Positions 8,496-17,889 of a DNA stretch of 54,560 bases are shown here, piece by piece. Under the pieces are notes generated by a model. That model was not told the DNA's origin. It saw only the letters and a list, made by a program, of their open reading frames with translations, and ran no database searches. Source of the stretch: a virus (Duplodnaviria > Caudoviricetes); the IMG/VR virus record IMGVR_UViG_3300032373_000010, positions 1-54,560 of that record. One strand, written 5' to 3'. Both the position numbers and the translations under genes were made by a program. The stretch's first letter is position 1, and every line of letters begins with the position of its first letter.

Positions 8496-9424
8496 GGGGG
8501 GTCTTCGGCTCCTCCAATCTAGCCAAGCAGGACGTTCCCGAGGTCGAGGCGGTGATCACGGCGATCGACCCCCTCGCGCGTCGCTTCTGGGAGCGCAAGG
8601 TCGAGGCCTCCCTCGACTACCTCATGGAGACCCTCCAGACCTACGAGGAGCGCCTGGGGACTGACGAGGTGGACGCCCTGGCCTCGATCTCGCCGGGCAA
8701 GGCACGCAACAGCGCCCTAGAGCGGGAGACCGCCGCGATCATTGCCACGCTGGAGGAGCGCATGAGTGCCCCATTTGGGGCAGTCGGAGCCCGAGCGATC
8801 GAGAGCGCGGGGAAGGACCTCCTGCGCGAGGGGGCGCTAGCCCTCGACGTGCGACTCGCTCTGCCGAGCCCGCTGGAGGCGACCACGGCGAGGCGGGACC
8901 TCTCGCTGCTGCTGTCTGGGAGGGTTCCAGCGCACGCCCAGGAGCTTGCGGACCCCCTCCGCGGCTACTTGCTCGATCGAAGCCTACGAGACGCCCTGAG
9001 GGGCTCCCGTGTGACCGACAGGACCCGCGCCTGGGTTGCCGCCGTCCGGGGGCCTCTGGGAGGCTCCTGGGAGGCCTGGGGGCCGCAGACGGTGGACGCC
9101 TGGGCCTACCGCTGGCACAACGTCGGGCGCTTCCTCGGGGGAGAGCAGAACGGGGTGCGCCGCTGGGTCGCGGTCAACCCCAACGACGAGCGCACCACGC
9201 GCTTCTGCCGTTGGGTCCACGGGAAGGTGATCTCCGCGCGCAGGACCCGCAAGAAGCTGGGCGCCTACTTCGAGGCCGTCAGCGCGGGGGACAGGGAGAC
9301 CATGCGCTCAACGTGGCCCCTGGAAACGCCTCAGGGAAGCTCCGCGCGCTTCAGGCGGATCTTCGGGGACCTCGGGTTGCCTCCCTACCACTTCCGCTGT
9401 CGGACGGTTGCGCAGCCGGCCTGA
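8474..9424 (+). CDS. Head morphogenesis protein (Mu gpF / SPP1 gp7-like)
   Basis: DERTTRFCRWVHG and C-terminal PPYHFRCRT signature; start moved to ATG 8474. Confidence 0.85.
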   Translation: MDLYRFLRGVFGSSNLAKQDVPEVEAVITAIDPLARRFWERKVEASLDYLMETLQTYEERLGTDEVDALASISPGKARNSALERETAAIIATLEERMSAPFGAVGARAIESAGKDLLREGALALDVRLALPSPLEATTARRDLSLLLSGRVPAHAQELADPLRGYLLDRSLRDALRGSRVTDRTRAWVAAVRGPLGGSWEAWGPQTVDAWAYRWHNVGRFLGGEQNGVRRWVAVNPNDERTTRFCRWVHGKVISARRTRKKLGAYFEAVSAGDRETMRSTWPLETPQGSSARFRRIFGDLGLPPYHFRCRTVAQPA

Positions 9425-9706
9425 ACCAATAGAAGAAGCCCAGCGCGTTCAAGGCGCGGGGCTCCTTACTTGAGTCTCTTGATCTACGTCGGCTGACCCT
9501 GCCGAATGTGCCACCGATCAATGGTGCAGCGCGAGTTAAGGTGATCGACCCCGCGCCTAGCCGCCGCACCCCGAAGGGCGCCTCACCGACTTGACAGGGC
9601 CAACCCTACTCGACGCCTCCGACAAAACCAAGCGCCTTCTCAGAAATAAAACCGCCACCGGGGGAGGGGGAACATGGAAGTCCTCCCCCGGCAGCGGCGG
9701 CAGACG

Positions 9707-10123
9707 CTAGGCGTCCTTGCCTTGTGCCATGAAGTTGATCTGGGAGGCCGTCAGCGGCATGGGCCGCTCCGACCACTGGGGCTCCCCGAACTCCCGTGCC
9801 GTCTCGAAGACGAGGTGCGCCAGCGCTCGCGCGCACCAGCCGCGCAGGCGCCGGAGCTTGAGCCTCGTGACCTCGCGCAGGCAGTCCCCGAGGAAGAGGA
9901 GATCCACCCACTCGCGGTCCTTCTCGGTGCCTCCAGCTAGGTAGAGGAGGTCGTGCCGCTTGGCGGGCCCGTCGAAGAGGGCGGCCAGCCCGACCCAGAC
10001 CAGGAGCATGCGCAGCATGCGGAACTTGAAGCCGCCGCGCCCTTGGGGCCCCTTGGGGCCTAGCCCGTTGGCGTATTTCCCCTGGGCCTCGGGAGAGAAC
10101 TCGCTCAGCAGGTGGAACTTCAC
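9707..10123 (-). CDS. Phospholipase A2-like protein
   Basis: NGLGP...RHDLLY.AGG...DR..VD..FL resembles the prokaryotic/phage PLA2-like NGCGP...HDxxY...DRxxAD motif. Confidence 0.6.
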   Translation of the reverse strand: MKFHLLSEFSPEAQGKYANGLGPKGPQGRGGFKFRMLRMLLVWVGLAALFDGPAKRHDLLYLAGGTEKDREWVDLLFLGDCLREVTRLKLRRLRGWCARALAHLVFETAREFGEPQWSERPMPLTASQINFMAQGKDA

Positions 10124-11034
10124 AGCACGTCTCTCAGCATGGCGGTGATCGCCAGCGCGCTGGCGTCAGCCGTGGCGCGCGAGGTCTGAGCGAAGAAGCG
10201 AATGCCGATCGAGGCCCCCACGCCCGCGGCCTCCGACGCCTCCCCTGGGTTGCCGAGCTTCTCCGTCTGGGAGCCCAGGAAGCGGGCGCCCCCGTCGATC
10301 CCCTCGGGGCCGCGCAGGGGCGTGTAGCTCTTGACGATCGGGACAGCCTGCGCGTTTGCCGGCAGCGGAACAGTCGTGGCGCGTTTGAGGGTGATCGTCT
10401 CGTCGCTTACGGAGTCGATCTCAATGGACTCAAGCAGGGTCGCGTCTGCCTGATCGCTCGACCAGAACTCGACGTGATTGCAAATGTTGTAGGCCCCCGC
10501 CACGCCCGAGTCTGGCGCGTCGAAGGAGAGCATACCGGCGCTGGCCCCAGCCACCAAGATCACGCGGGAGCTTGGGATCAGCACCACGGTCTTGCCGTAG
10601 TCCCCCGGCAGGGCCTTGAAGCTCTTGGCGTGGGCGAAGGCAATGTGGCTCGGCTTGGTGAGAGGGAAGTCGGCTCGCACCCAGCCCTGCTCCACGAGAG
10701 GCGTGCAGCAGCCGTCCATGCGGGAGCCCCGCTCACCGACCACCAACTCCTGCCGCGTGGCCGAGGTGTCGAGGAGGTTTGCCTCGTGGGCCAGCATGGC
10801 TGCGAGGTCGGCAGCGTTGGCGGCCTTCTGCTGGGTGTCCCACCCCTTCGGCTCGCTGTCCGCCTTGTAGGCCTTGGAGACGTAGACGGCAGGCCCGTCT
10901 GAGACCCAGGCAAGGTAGGAGTCCTCAAGCTCCTGGCGCTGGAGGCGCAGGGCCTTCCCGTCGCAGAAGGCGACCAGGGAAGCCCAGACCATGTCCACCC
11001 GAAGAGGAGCGTTGATCGTCACATTGGTAGCCAT
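10120..11034 (-). CDS. Hypothetical protein, probably virion-associated
   Basis: Coupled within the tail operon (TAATG and GTGA overlaps). Confidence 0.65.
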   Translation of the reverse strand: MATNVTINAPLRVDMVWASLVAFCDGKALRLQRQELEDSYLAWVSDGPAVYVSKAYKADSEPKGWDTQQKAANAADLAAMLAHEANLLDTSATRQELVVGERGSRMDGCCTPLVEQGWVRADFPLTKPSHIAFAHAKSFKALPGDYGKTVVLIPSSRVILVAGASAGMLSFDAPDSGVAGAYNICNHVEFWSSDQADATLLESIEIDSVSDETITLKRATTVPLPANAQAVPIVKSYTPLRGPEGIDGGARFLGSQTEKLGNPGEASEAAGVGASIGIRFFAQTSRATADASALAITAMLRDVL

Positions 11035-12248
11035 TAGTAGACCTCTTTCCAGTTTACTGCCGCCCAGAAGTCACTGTTCGCGGAGAGCGGGGTCACCGTC
11101 AGGATCACCTCGTCAACGGTGCCGGCCAGATCTCGACCGACCGAGCCGAAGCCGTTGAGGTCGCTCTCTCCGCCGCGAACCTTCTCTGAGATCAGCCCCG
11201 AGGCCAGCAGCCGCGCGCTCGCCAGAGAGGGAACGGTAGGGGCAATCTGCGCCTCCACTGCGTCGCTGACGCTGTTCCATGTTCCGGCAGAGACGGAGCC
11301 AGTAGGTGCGGCGTAGAGGCGCACGTAGGTAGCCTTGGTGTTGTCCTCGGCCACAGCCCCGAAGTTCTTGGGAACGATCAGGGCCTTGTTGAAGCCAGCC
11401 TTCAGCCGGTAGGCCACGAGGGGAACTTCCACCCCGTTGGCGGCGTTGATCTTCGTGTTCCCGCTGTCCGTGGACCGAGGGCGCGAGAAGGTCTCACCGG
11501 CTCCGCCTTCGAGGATCGCTGAGAAGCAGATCTGGTCGAGGCGCATTGCCCCGTTCGTTGCGCCAGATACGTTGTGTAGCTCGAAGCGCCAGGGAAGGTT
11601 CCCAGACGCCATGTAGACCTCGCCTAGGGAGTTGGCGTGGTTGAATTGGTGGCAGCAAATGAACACCCCGTCGATCACGAAGCCGATCCGCACCGACCCG
11701 ACGCCGAGCCACTCAAGGTCGAGCCACATGATCTGAGTCTTGGAGGGATCGAGCGTGACCCCAGAGGGGCCTGTCCCGTCGAGCTTGTCCCCGTTCCAGT
11801 TGGTCTGGAGGATCTCCGTATTGACCGGGCTCCCGCTGGTGGACGTGCGGTGAACGAAGGTGAGGCCTTGGACCAGCCTGCGCTCCAGATAGAAGCCGTC
11901 ATTGTCGTCGAAGTAGCCCGCTCGCTGAACGGAGTTGGTGGACACCGTGTTGAGGCAGAAGGTGCTCAGGAGCAACAACGAGCGACCGGGCTGGTAGGGC
12001 ACGTAGAAGCGGGTCTGCCTGACTACACGGTCGTTGTGGGCCGCTGTCACGTTTAGCTCAGTGCGAGCCTTTGCGGCATTGTGAGCGGTGGTGCCGCCAA
12101 CCTCAGTGACGTTCTGCCAGAGGTGCGGCGTGTCGTCGTGAATGTTGGTGGTCGAGACCAGAACGTCAGGGTCCGCCACGCGGAGGCGACCGAAGGCGTC
12201 GAGGTTGAGCGGGGTAGAGAATCCACCCGCCTGGATTGAGGTGCTCAC
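11034..12248 (-). CDS. Virion structural protein, lectin/ConA-like (DAFGRLRV family)
   Basis: N-terminal DAFGRLRV.DP, YQPGRSL, WNGDKLDGTGPSG and DLEWLGVGSVR motifs seen in phage structural proteins. Confidence 0.75.
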   Translation of the reverse strand: MSTSIQAGGFSTPLNLDAFGRLRVADPDVLVSTTNIHDDTPHLWQNVTEVGGTTAHNAAKARTELNVTAAHNDRVVRQTRFYVPYQPGRSLLLLSTFCLNTVSTNSVQRAGYFDDNDGFYLERRLVQGLTFVHRTSTSGSPVNTEILQTNWNGDKLDGTGPSGVTLDPSKTQIMWLDLEWLGVGSVRIGFVIDGVFICCHQFNHANSLGEVYMASGNLPWRFELHNVSGATNGAMRLDQICFSAILEGGAGETFSRPRSTDSGNTKINAANGVEVPLVAYRLKAGFNKALIVPKNFGAVAEDNTKATYVRLYAAPTGSVSAGTWNSVSDAVEAQIAPTVPSLASARLLASGLISEKVRGGESDLNGFGSVGRDLAGTVDEVILTVTPLSANSDFWAAVNWKEVY

Positions 12249-12823
12249 GAGTGGGCCTCCGCGATAATGGTAGAGCCGCCGGTCTCAGCGGTGAGGATTC
12301 TGAGGGAGAGCCTGTCCCCGAGGGCGACGGCTTGGCTGATCACTTGGGACTTGTAGGCCCAGGCGAGGTCGGCAGGCGTCCAGTTCAGGACCGCACCCGC
12401 CAGAGCGACCCCGTTGATCTCTAGCTGGATCGAGGTCGTGCCGATCGTGCCCGGGATAGCGCGGCGCCCAGAGAACATGATCAGGGTCGTGGCGCCGATA
12501 ATGTTGGACGAGCCGAGGTCGTTTCCGACCGCGAAGAAGCCTGCCACGTCCATGGAGACGCCGAGAGGCTGCGGCGTAGGGACCGACCCGGAGGCAATGT
12601 CCACCCAAGTTGTGCCGTTGCTCTTCCAAATCTTCTGATCGCTGACGGTCGCCATAATGCAGCGGTCATACATATTTGCGGGATACGTCGCGACCAGGGT
12701 CGCGAAGTCAGCGATCTCAGGGACGGGGTAGGGCGCGTCGAACAGGCTCGATCGCCAGTCGTTTAGCGTGGCGTCCCAGCCCTGAACCGAGCTTTGAACC
12801 GGCGTGGTGACGGGGCGTGCCAT
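12245..12823 (-). CDS. Putative tail protein
   Basis: Follows tail-tip gene; WKSNGTTW fibre-like motif. Confidence 0.65.
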   Translation of the reverse strand: MARPVTTPVQSSVQGWDATLNDWRSSLFDAPYPVPEIADFATLVATYPANMYDRCIMATVSDQKIWKSNGTTWVDIASGSVPTPQPLGVSMDVAGFFAVGNDLGSSNIIGATTLIMFSGRRAIPGTIGTTSIQLEINGVALAGAVLNWTPADLAWAYKSQVISQAVALGDRLSLRILTAETGGSTIIAEAHS

Positions 12824-15303
12824 TAGACGAAGCTCACGAGGAGGGTGGTCGAGGGATCACTCACAAAGCCTCCGTTGCGGTGGACGAGCCGGAAGCGGAC
12901 GTTGATCTCGCTCCCAAAGTCGGCTACCAAGTTTGCGTTGGTGTAGGTGTAGGCCGCCACGGTAAGGACCACAGTCCTGCCGATCACAGTGCCAGCCTCG
13001 TTCTCAATCTGCAAGAAGAACTCCCCGATCAGGGGGCCGATCGGGGCTGGCGTGCCGGCGTTGATCAGGCCCGCCCCCGAGAAGGAGGACCCAGGAGCCT
13101 GGGTGAAGAAGCCCCAAGCCAGTTCAATGTCCTGCCCGGTCTGGTAGGCGGGGACGTTGATCTGCGGGGCACGGACCCGGAGGTTCCGGGGAGGCTCTGG
13201 CACGAGCCCTAGCCCGTAGACGGGGAGCTTGCTGACCGGCACGACGGAGCCCAGGGCCAGAGCCGTAGAGGCCACCGGCTGGCCCTTAATGTAGAGGTCT
13301 TGGAGCGGAGCGATCAGAGGATCGAAGAGCCGCTTGAGTTCGGTGTCCCGGAAGATAAAGACCGTCTCGCCGATCCCATGCGTCGCACGCTCTGTGTTGT
13401 AGCGAGCGCGGATCAGGCCCTCAAGGCGCATGGTGTTGGGCCCGGTGGGGACGATCTTTTGGAGGAAGAAGATCTCCTGCCCGATCACAGCGATCTGGGT
13501 CCCCAGACGCCACTGCGCTGTCTGTCCTGTGAGGTCGGCCACGGAGCCAATGTCGGGGCCGATCACGTTGATCTCAGGACCCACAGCAAGCTCGTAGGGG
13601 TCTGTCACGTCGATCGCGGCAAGCAGATTACCGCCAGCGGTGACCCCCTTGTCGGTGTCTATAAACTGATAGTTAAGGTTGTCAGTCGAGACGTGCATGA
13701 AGGCGAAGAGCTGATCAGCGTTTGCTCGAATCCTAAGCTCGGAGACAGAGACCTGCCCTTGGGCGATCTCGGCGGGGACCTCAATGAACAGACGGGCGAG
13801 GTCGGCCAGCGGAGGCGGCGGAGTCTGGGGAGTGGAGCCCCCACTGGAGGGCAGGAAGCCAGAGGCCTTGCGCCCGTAGAAGTCGGACACGGCGTTGATC
13901 GTGACCTTGCGCGACCCCTGGGTGATCTCCACGCTCTCCACGAGGAGGAGGTCCGTCACGCCGGCCATGAAGAACGTGCGCCCCGGGGTGAGGTAGCGGG
14001 CCTGCCGCAGGGCCTTGATCTTGTGCTTGATCTCTGTGCCGAGGGCCTCCTGGGCACGCCGCTCAGAGACCTTCGAGGCGACGAAGAGGGTCGTCACCGT
14101 GGGCAGGCTCTTGGTCGTGACCTTGGGGCTCTTGATAAAGTCGCTTCGGTCGTCCGCATACTGGGACACGGTCTGATTGGCGAACTCGTGGGCCTTGTCA
14201 GCGAATTGCCAGTTGACTTGGCTCACCTTCACGGGGCGCATGGAGAGGTCGATCTCGGGGGCCAGGAGGTCGGCCACATACTCCGAGGGCAGAGTCGGAG
14301 GGGGAGGCCCAGTGTTTGGGTCCCGCAGAGGGCGGAGGACAAAGCGGGAGTAGTCCTGCGCGAAGGTCGCGTTCCAGTTGACCTCCCAGGGGATCACGAA
14401 GCCGAGGTCGGCCATGAGATCCTCGATCAGCTCCTTTGCCGTGCGCCCTTGATCCCCGATCAGGGAAGTGAAGATCGGCTCCGCGTCGATCACTACCCCG
14501 AGGTGCTCGAAGGAATACTGGTCAAACATATAGGGGTCAAGCTCCAGCCCCTGCGGCCACTGCGCGAAGAGGAGCTGGTCGAGGGTGTGAGCCCCGTTCC
14601 ACTCGTTGACCCCGCCATTCAGCGCGGGATCCGCCTCGGGATACTGGATAGCCCCGTAGTCAAAGTTGCCGTGGGAGTTGCAAATAATGTTGCCCTTCTG
14701 TGGCTTCAGCAGCGGCACCTCGATCTCATACTCAAAGACCGGCCAGACAGGGCTGGGCCCCAGCTTGGCCTGTTCCCAGACGACATAGAGCAGGTTCGGC
14801 CAGCGGGAGGCGATTCCAATTCTGTTGGCGTCTTGTAGAAACGTGTTCACTGGCTGGGTGCGCTCGCCCCAGAAGATAGAGAAGGTGTTGCCCTCAGAGG
14901 TCTGGAAGGAGGAGCCGGAGGGGTTCACGCCCTGCCCGACCGTCTGGTCCCAGACAATCTTGCCGGCCCTCCAAATCCGGTGCAGGCGACACTCCCCGTT
15001 GTTCTGCGCGGGGCCCCCGCTGCCCACGGCCAGCCCGTGCCAGGCGCTCTCCCGGTAGACGGTGCGCTTGTTGGAGCTGGAGGAGGAGCTTTTCTTGCGT
15101 GAGCCCTTGCCGCCCCCGGGGGACGTGGAGGAGTCCTCCTCCTGAACCCCTGTGCGGTCGCCGACCCAGAGAATGTTCGGTGCGACCCTCCGGTAGCCTA
15201 GGAGATAGGGGACGAAGGCCCCACGCTCCGCCGTAGTGGAGGCCCTGTCGTCTAGGACAAAGGGCGCCTCAACAAACTCGGGCTTGGAGATCAGCGTGCC
15301 CAT
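12823..15303 (-). CDS. Tail tip / host-specificity protein (GTA megatron / gpJ-like)
   Basis: Follows NlpC/P60 gene; IGQEIF..LEGLIRARYNT..HGIGE motif of GTA-type tail-tip proteins. Confidence 0.8.
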   Translation of the reverse strand: MGTLISKPEFVEAPFVLDDRASTTAERGAFVPYLLGYRRVAPNILWVGDRTGVQEEDSSTSPGGGKGSRKKSSSSSSNKRTVYRESAWHGLAVGSGGPAQNNGECRLHRIWRAGKIVWDQTVGQGVNPSGSSFQTSEGNTFSIFWGERTQPVNTFLQDANRIGIASRWPNLLYVVWEQAKLGPSPVWPVFEYEIEVPLLKPQKGNIICNSHGNFDYGAIQYPEADPALNGGVNEWNGAHTLDQLLFAQWPQGLELDPYMFDQYSFEHLGVVIDAEPIFTSLIGDQGRTAKELIEDLMADLGFVIPWEVNWNATFAQDYSRFVLRPLRDPNTGPPPPTLPSEYVADLLAPEIDLSMRPVKVSQVNWQFADKAHEFANQTVSQYADDRSDFIKSPKVTTKSLPTVTTLFVASKVSERRAQEALGTEIKHKIKALRQARYLTPGRTFFMAGVTDLLLVESVEITQGSRKVTINAVSDFYGRKASGFLPSSGGSTPQTPPPPLADLARLFIEVPAEIAQGQVSVSELRIRANADQLFAFMHVSTDNLNYQFIDTDKGVTAGGNLLAAIDVTDPYELAVGPEINVIGPDIGSVADLTGQTAQWRLGTQIAVIGQEIFFLQKIVPTGPNTMRLEGLIRARYNTERATHGIGETVFIFRDTELKRLFDPLIAPLQDLYIKGQPVASTALALGSVVPVSKLPVYGLGLVPEPPRNLRVRAPQINVPAYQTGQDIELAWGFFTQAPGSSFSGAGLINAGTPAPIGPLIGEFFLQIENEAGTVIGRTVVLTVAAYTYTNANLVADFGSEINVRFRLVHRNGGFVSDPSTTLLVSFV

Positions 15304-15785
15304 AGGTCCCTGTCCCCACACCGAAAGACGCGGTAGATCTTGTTGTGGATCCCGTCAGCGAAGCCGAGGCCCGTGACTTGGACCCCGAGGCCCGTGGAGT
15401 GCCAGAGCGTGTTCCTGCTCGGGCCGGCGATCAGCGCGTGCCCCGGACCCCCGTCGCGCGGGCCCATTACGACCACGTCTCCTGGGGAGATCGTCCCGTC
15501 TCGCACGGCCATGTTGGGCTTGTAGAGGACTTTGATCTTGTGCATGACGCCCACGGCGCCCCGCGCGTTGTGCATAGCGGTGTCTGGCGGCAGGGTCTCG
15601 ATCGGGGTAGTGACTCCATACAGCTCGTCGAGGACCCCGCAGACGAAGCGGACACAATCCACGCCCGCGCCCTTGCACTGCCACCCGGGGTGGTAAGAGG
15701 TTCCGACCCACGAGGTAAGGACGTAATGCAGCCTCGCCTCAAGGTGAGACTCAATCTCGGCCCACTTGAAGTCCCTCATGTCCAC
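15291..15785 (-). CDS. NlpC/P60 family tail-associated peptidase
   Basis: WVGTSY..GVDCVRFV (catalytic Cys), PGDVV, GHALI (His). Confidence 0.88.
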   Translation of the reverse strand: MDMRDFKWAEIESHLEARLHYVLTSWVGTSYHPGWQCKGAGVDCVRFVCGVLDELYGVTTPIETLPPDTAMHNARGAVGVMHKIKVLYKPNMAVRDGTISPGDVVVMGPRDGGPGHALIAGPSRNTLWHSTGLGVQVTGLGFADGIHNKIYRVFRCGDRDLWAR

Positions 15786-16618
15786 TAGAACGAACTCTCA
15801 ATGTTGGGCTGGTGATCAGGGATTCCGAAGCCGAAGCCGCCGAAGGTCTCCTCACGATTGTAGCGCGAGCGGCACGTCGCGATCGTCTTGTCGCAGCCGG
15901 GCACCACGCCCACCACCTGTCCGATCCAGGCTTGGGGGACCTTGGTCCGCAGCGTGAAGAGGGTCGGGTCTGCGCCGTCCCAGGCCGCAATGCCGATCCG
16001 CAGTCCGTCAAGGTGAAGGTATCCGCGCTCGTAGTAGTGCGGATCTGCGTTGGGTAGGACCCCAGTCAAGATAGCCTGAGAGGTCTGGGGCAGGGAGGCC
16101 ACCGTTCCCGTAAAGAGGGGCAGGATCGCCAGGCAGTTGTGGTCCCCGAGAGTCCAGACGCATTGGGGCGTGCAGGGAAGCCCCATGGGGATCTCCAGAT
16201 CGCTCTTGAGGGTTAGGGCCTCGATCCGCACGAGACCCTCGCGGCCCTCAGTGTTGCCGACGACGCGGGAGAACCGACCCCAGTAGTGAAAGAGGGTCGA
16301 GTAAGGCGAGCCGCTGGCCTGGCTGATCTGCTCGTAGATCTTGACGGTGACAGGCGCGTGAGACTCTCCGCTGGTCAGCGCCTGGAAGAGCGCGTTGGAG
16401 TCCCGCAGGACGCGCAGGATCAGCGGGCGCTCGTCGAGGTCGCCCGTGTTCGCCGGAAGCTCGATCTCCAGGGAGGGCGCAGCCGTGAAAACCCCGCCCA
16501 GCGCGGCCTCGGTCTGGTCGGTCTCGCGATCGGTCAGCCTCAGCGTGTTGGAGCCCCACGTAAAGATCAGCAGCCAGCGGGCCGATTGGGTAGGCGTGTC
16601 GAGTTCGGTGGTAGCCAT
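15785..16618 (-). CDS. Baseplate hub protein (DUF2163 / BR0599-like)
   Basis: CVWTLGDHNC and C-terminal PGCDKTIATCRSRYN...FGGF; start at TAATG overlap 16618. Confidence 0.85.
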   Translation of the reverse strand: MATTELDTPTQSARWLLIFTWGSNTLRLTDRETDQTEAALGGVFTAAPSLEIELPANTGDLDERPLILRVLRDSNALFQALTSGESHAPVTVKIYEQISQASGSPYSTLFHYWGRFSRVVGNTEGREGLVRIEALTLKSDLEIPMGLPCTPQCVWTLGDHNCLAILPLFTGTVASLPQTSQAILTGVLPNADPHYYERGYLHLDGLRIGIAAWDGADPTLFTLRTKVPQAWIGQVVGVVPGCDKTIATCRSRYNREETFGGFGFGIPDHQPNIESSF

Positions 16619-17889
16619 TAAGGTGCCGGCAGGGGACATGCCGAGAAGGGCTCGGGCGGGATATAGGGAATCTCAGTCGGGAAGGGCGGGGTGACCGTCT
16701 CCTCGGAGATTAGTTCTATCACGCTCAAGGACACGTCGCAGTCCTGATTTGTGGTCCACCGCTCTTCAAACACGTCCTCTGTGAAGCGCCCCTTGATAGC
16801 CAGAGTCACATAGTCCACGTCGCTATTCCCGACAGGGGGAAACGCCGGAGTGACCAGGAATCGGAAGAAGAGCGGGAAGGGAGGGAACCCGCCAAGCTGG
16901 ACCTTGTTGGTGATCCGCCGAACCTCAATGTCCCCGTTCTTCAGGACGACAGCAATGTGGGCCAGGCAGTCGGTGTCAGCGAAGTCGAAGTTGCCCAAAA
17001 TATCTACAAAAGTGGATCCGAGCGAAAGGAACTCAAAGACGGGCATGGGGGCAATCGCCCAGAAGGGGAGCAGCCGCCCGCGCCTCGAATCGAAGAACTT
17101 CATAAGGGAGAAAACGCCGGCCCTGTCCTTCAGGAAGGTCATGGCGAAGGAGAGGGACCAGCGCCCCTTGCCGCCACCGATCGCTGTCAGGCGATCCTTA
17201 CCCGAGGGGACGAGATCCCCCGTGCGAAGGTAGGTCATGCCGTAGTTAGAGACCCAGTTGTGGGGGAAGGTGAAGATCGGCAGCCCTAGGTGGACAGGGA
17301 ACCCGGAGGGGTTGGTAGGTCCGTTGGACTCGGGCAGCGCGGGGTGGGTCTCGGTCGAGCGCGTCTCGTAGGTGCCCACAAAGTTCGTCAGGAGCGAGAG
17401 GTCGGCCTCCAGCTCCTGGTGCGCCTCCATGGCGGGGAAGACGAAGGAGCGCGCCGGGACGGTCGCGGTGAGCGCCACGGTGATTGTGATTGTGGTGGCC
17501 GTGAAGGAGACGACCTCGTGGACCAGGGCCTCCCCGAAGGTGCCCCCGTTGAAGGGGATCACAACGATCTTGCGACCTACGAAGAAGCGCCGGTTGGTCG
17601 TGTCGCAGTTGATCACCGTGCCGGTGGAGTCCGAGGTCACCCCTGTAACGTCGGGGTAGATCGGCACCACCACCTTCTGGGTCGTCCTCCGGTAGAGAGT
17701 CATGGCGAGGCGCGAGGTTAGCTGCTGGTCCAGGCACTTGAGGTTGGCGTTCTGCGTCCTCAGAGGGACGGAGTAGACCTGCCTGCGGCTCTCGGCGTCC
17801 TCTAGGAGCGAGACCCCAATGTCGGTCTCCCAGCGCGTCTCAATGCGGGCCTGGACGGACCAGTCGTGGCGGAGTGGGTCGGTGCTCAC
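16618..17889 (-). CDS. Distal tail protein-like
   Basis: Directly after TMP; FFDSRRGRLLPFW resembles GTA/DUF2460-type distal tail motif. Confidence 0.7.
   Translation of the reverse strand: MSTDPLRHDWSVQARIETRWETDIGVSLLEDAESRRQVYSVPLRTQNANLKCLDQQLTSRLAMTLYRRTTQKVVVPIYPDVTGVTSDSTGTVINCDTTNRRFFVGRKIVVIPFNGGTFGEALVHEVVSFTATTITITVALTATVPARSFVFPAMEAHQELEADLSLLTNFVGTYETRSTETHPALPESNGPTNPSGFPVHLGLPIFTFPHNWVSNYGMTYLRTGDLVPSGKDRLTAIGGGKGRWSLSFAMTFLKDRAGVFSLMKFFDSRRGRLLPFWAIAPMPVFEFLSLGSTFVDILGNFDFADTDCLAHIAVVLKNGDIEVRRITNKVQLGGFPPFPLFFRFLVTPAFPPVGNSDVDYVTLAIKGRFTEDVFEERWTTNQDCDVSLSVIELISEETVTPPFPTEIPYIPPEPFSACPLPAP

Noticed and set aside
13300-14838. 512-aa + strand ORF (likewise 19132-21384, 24716-26062, 26221-27708, 27753-28973, 36976-37935)
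   Set aside because: Antisense shadows of well-supported - strand genes, expected from high-GC codon bias; no motifs
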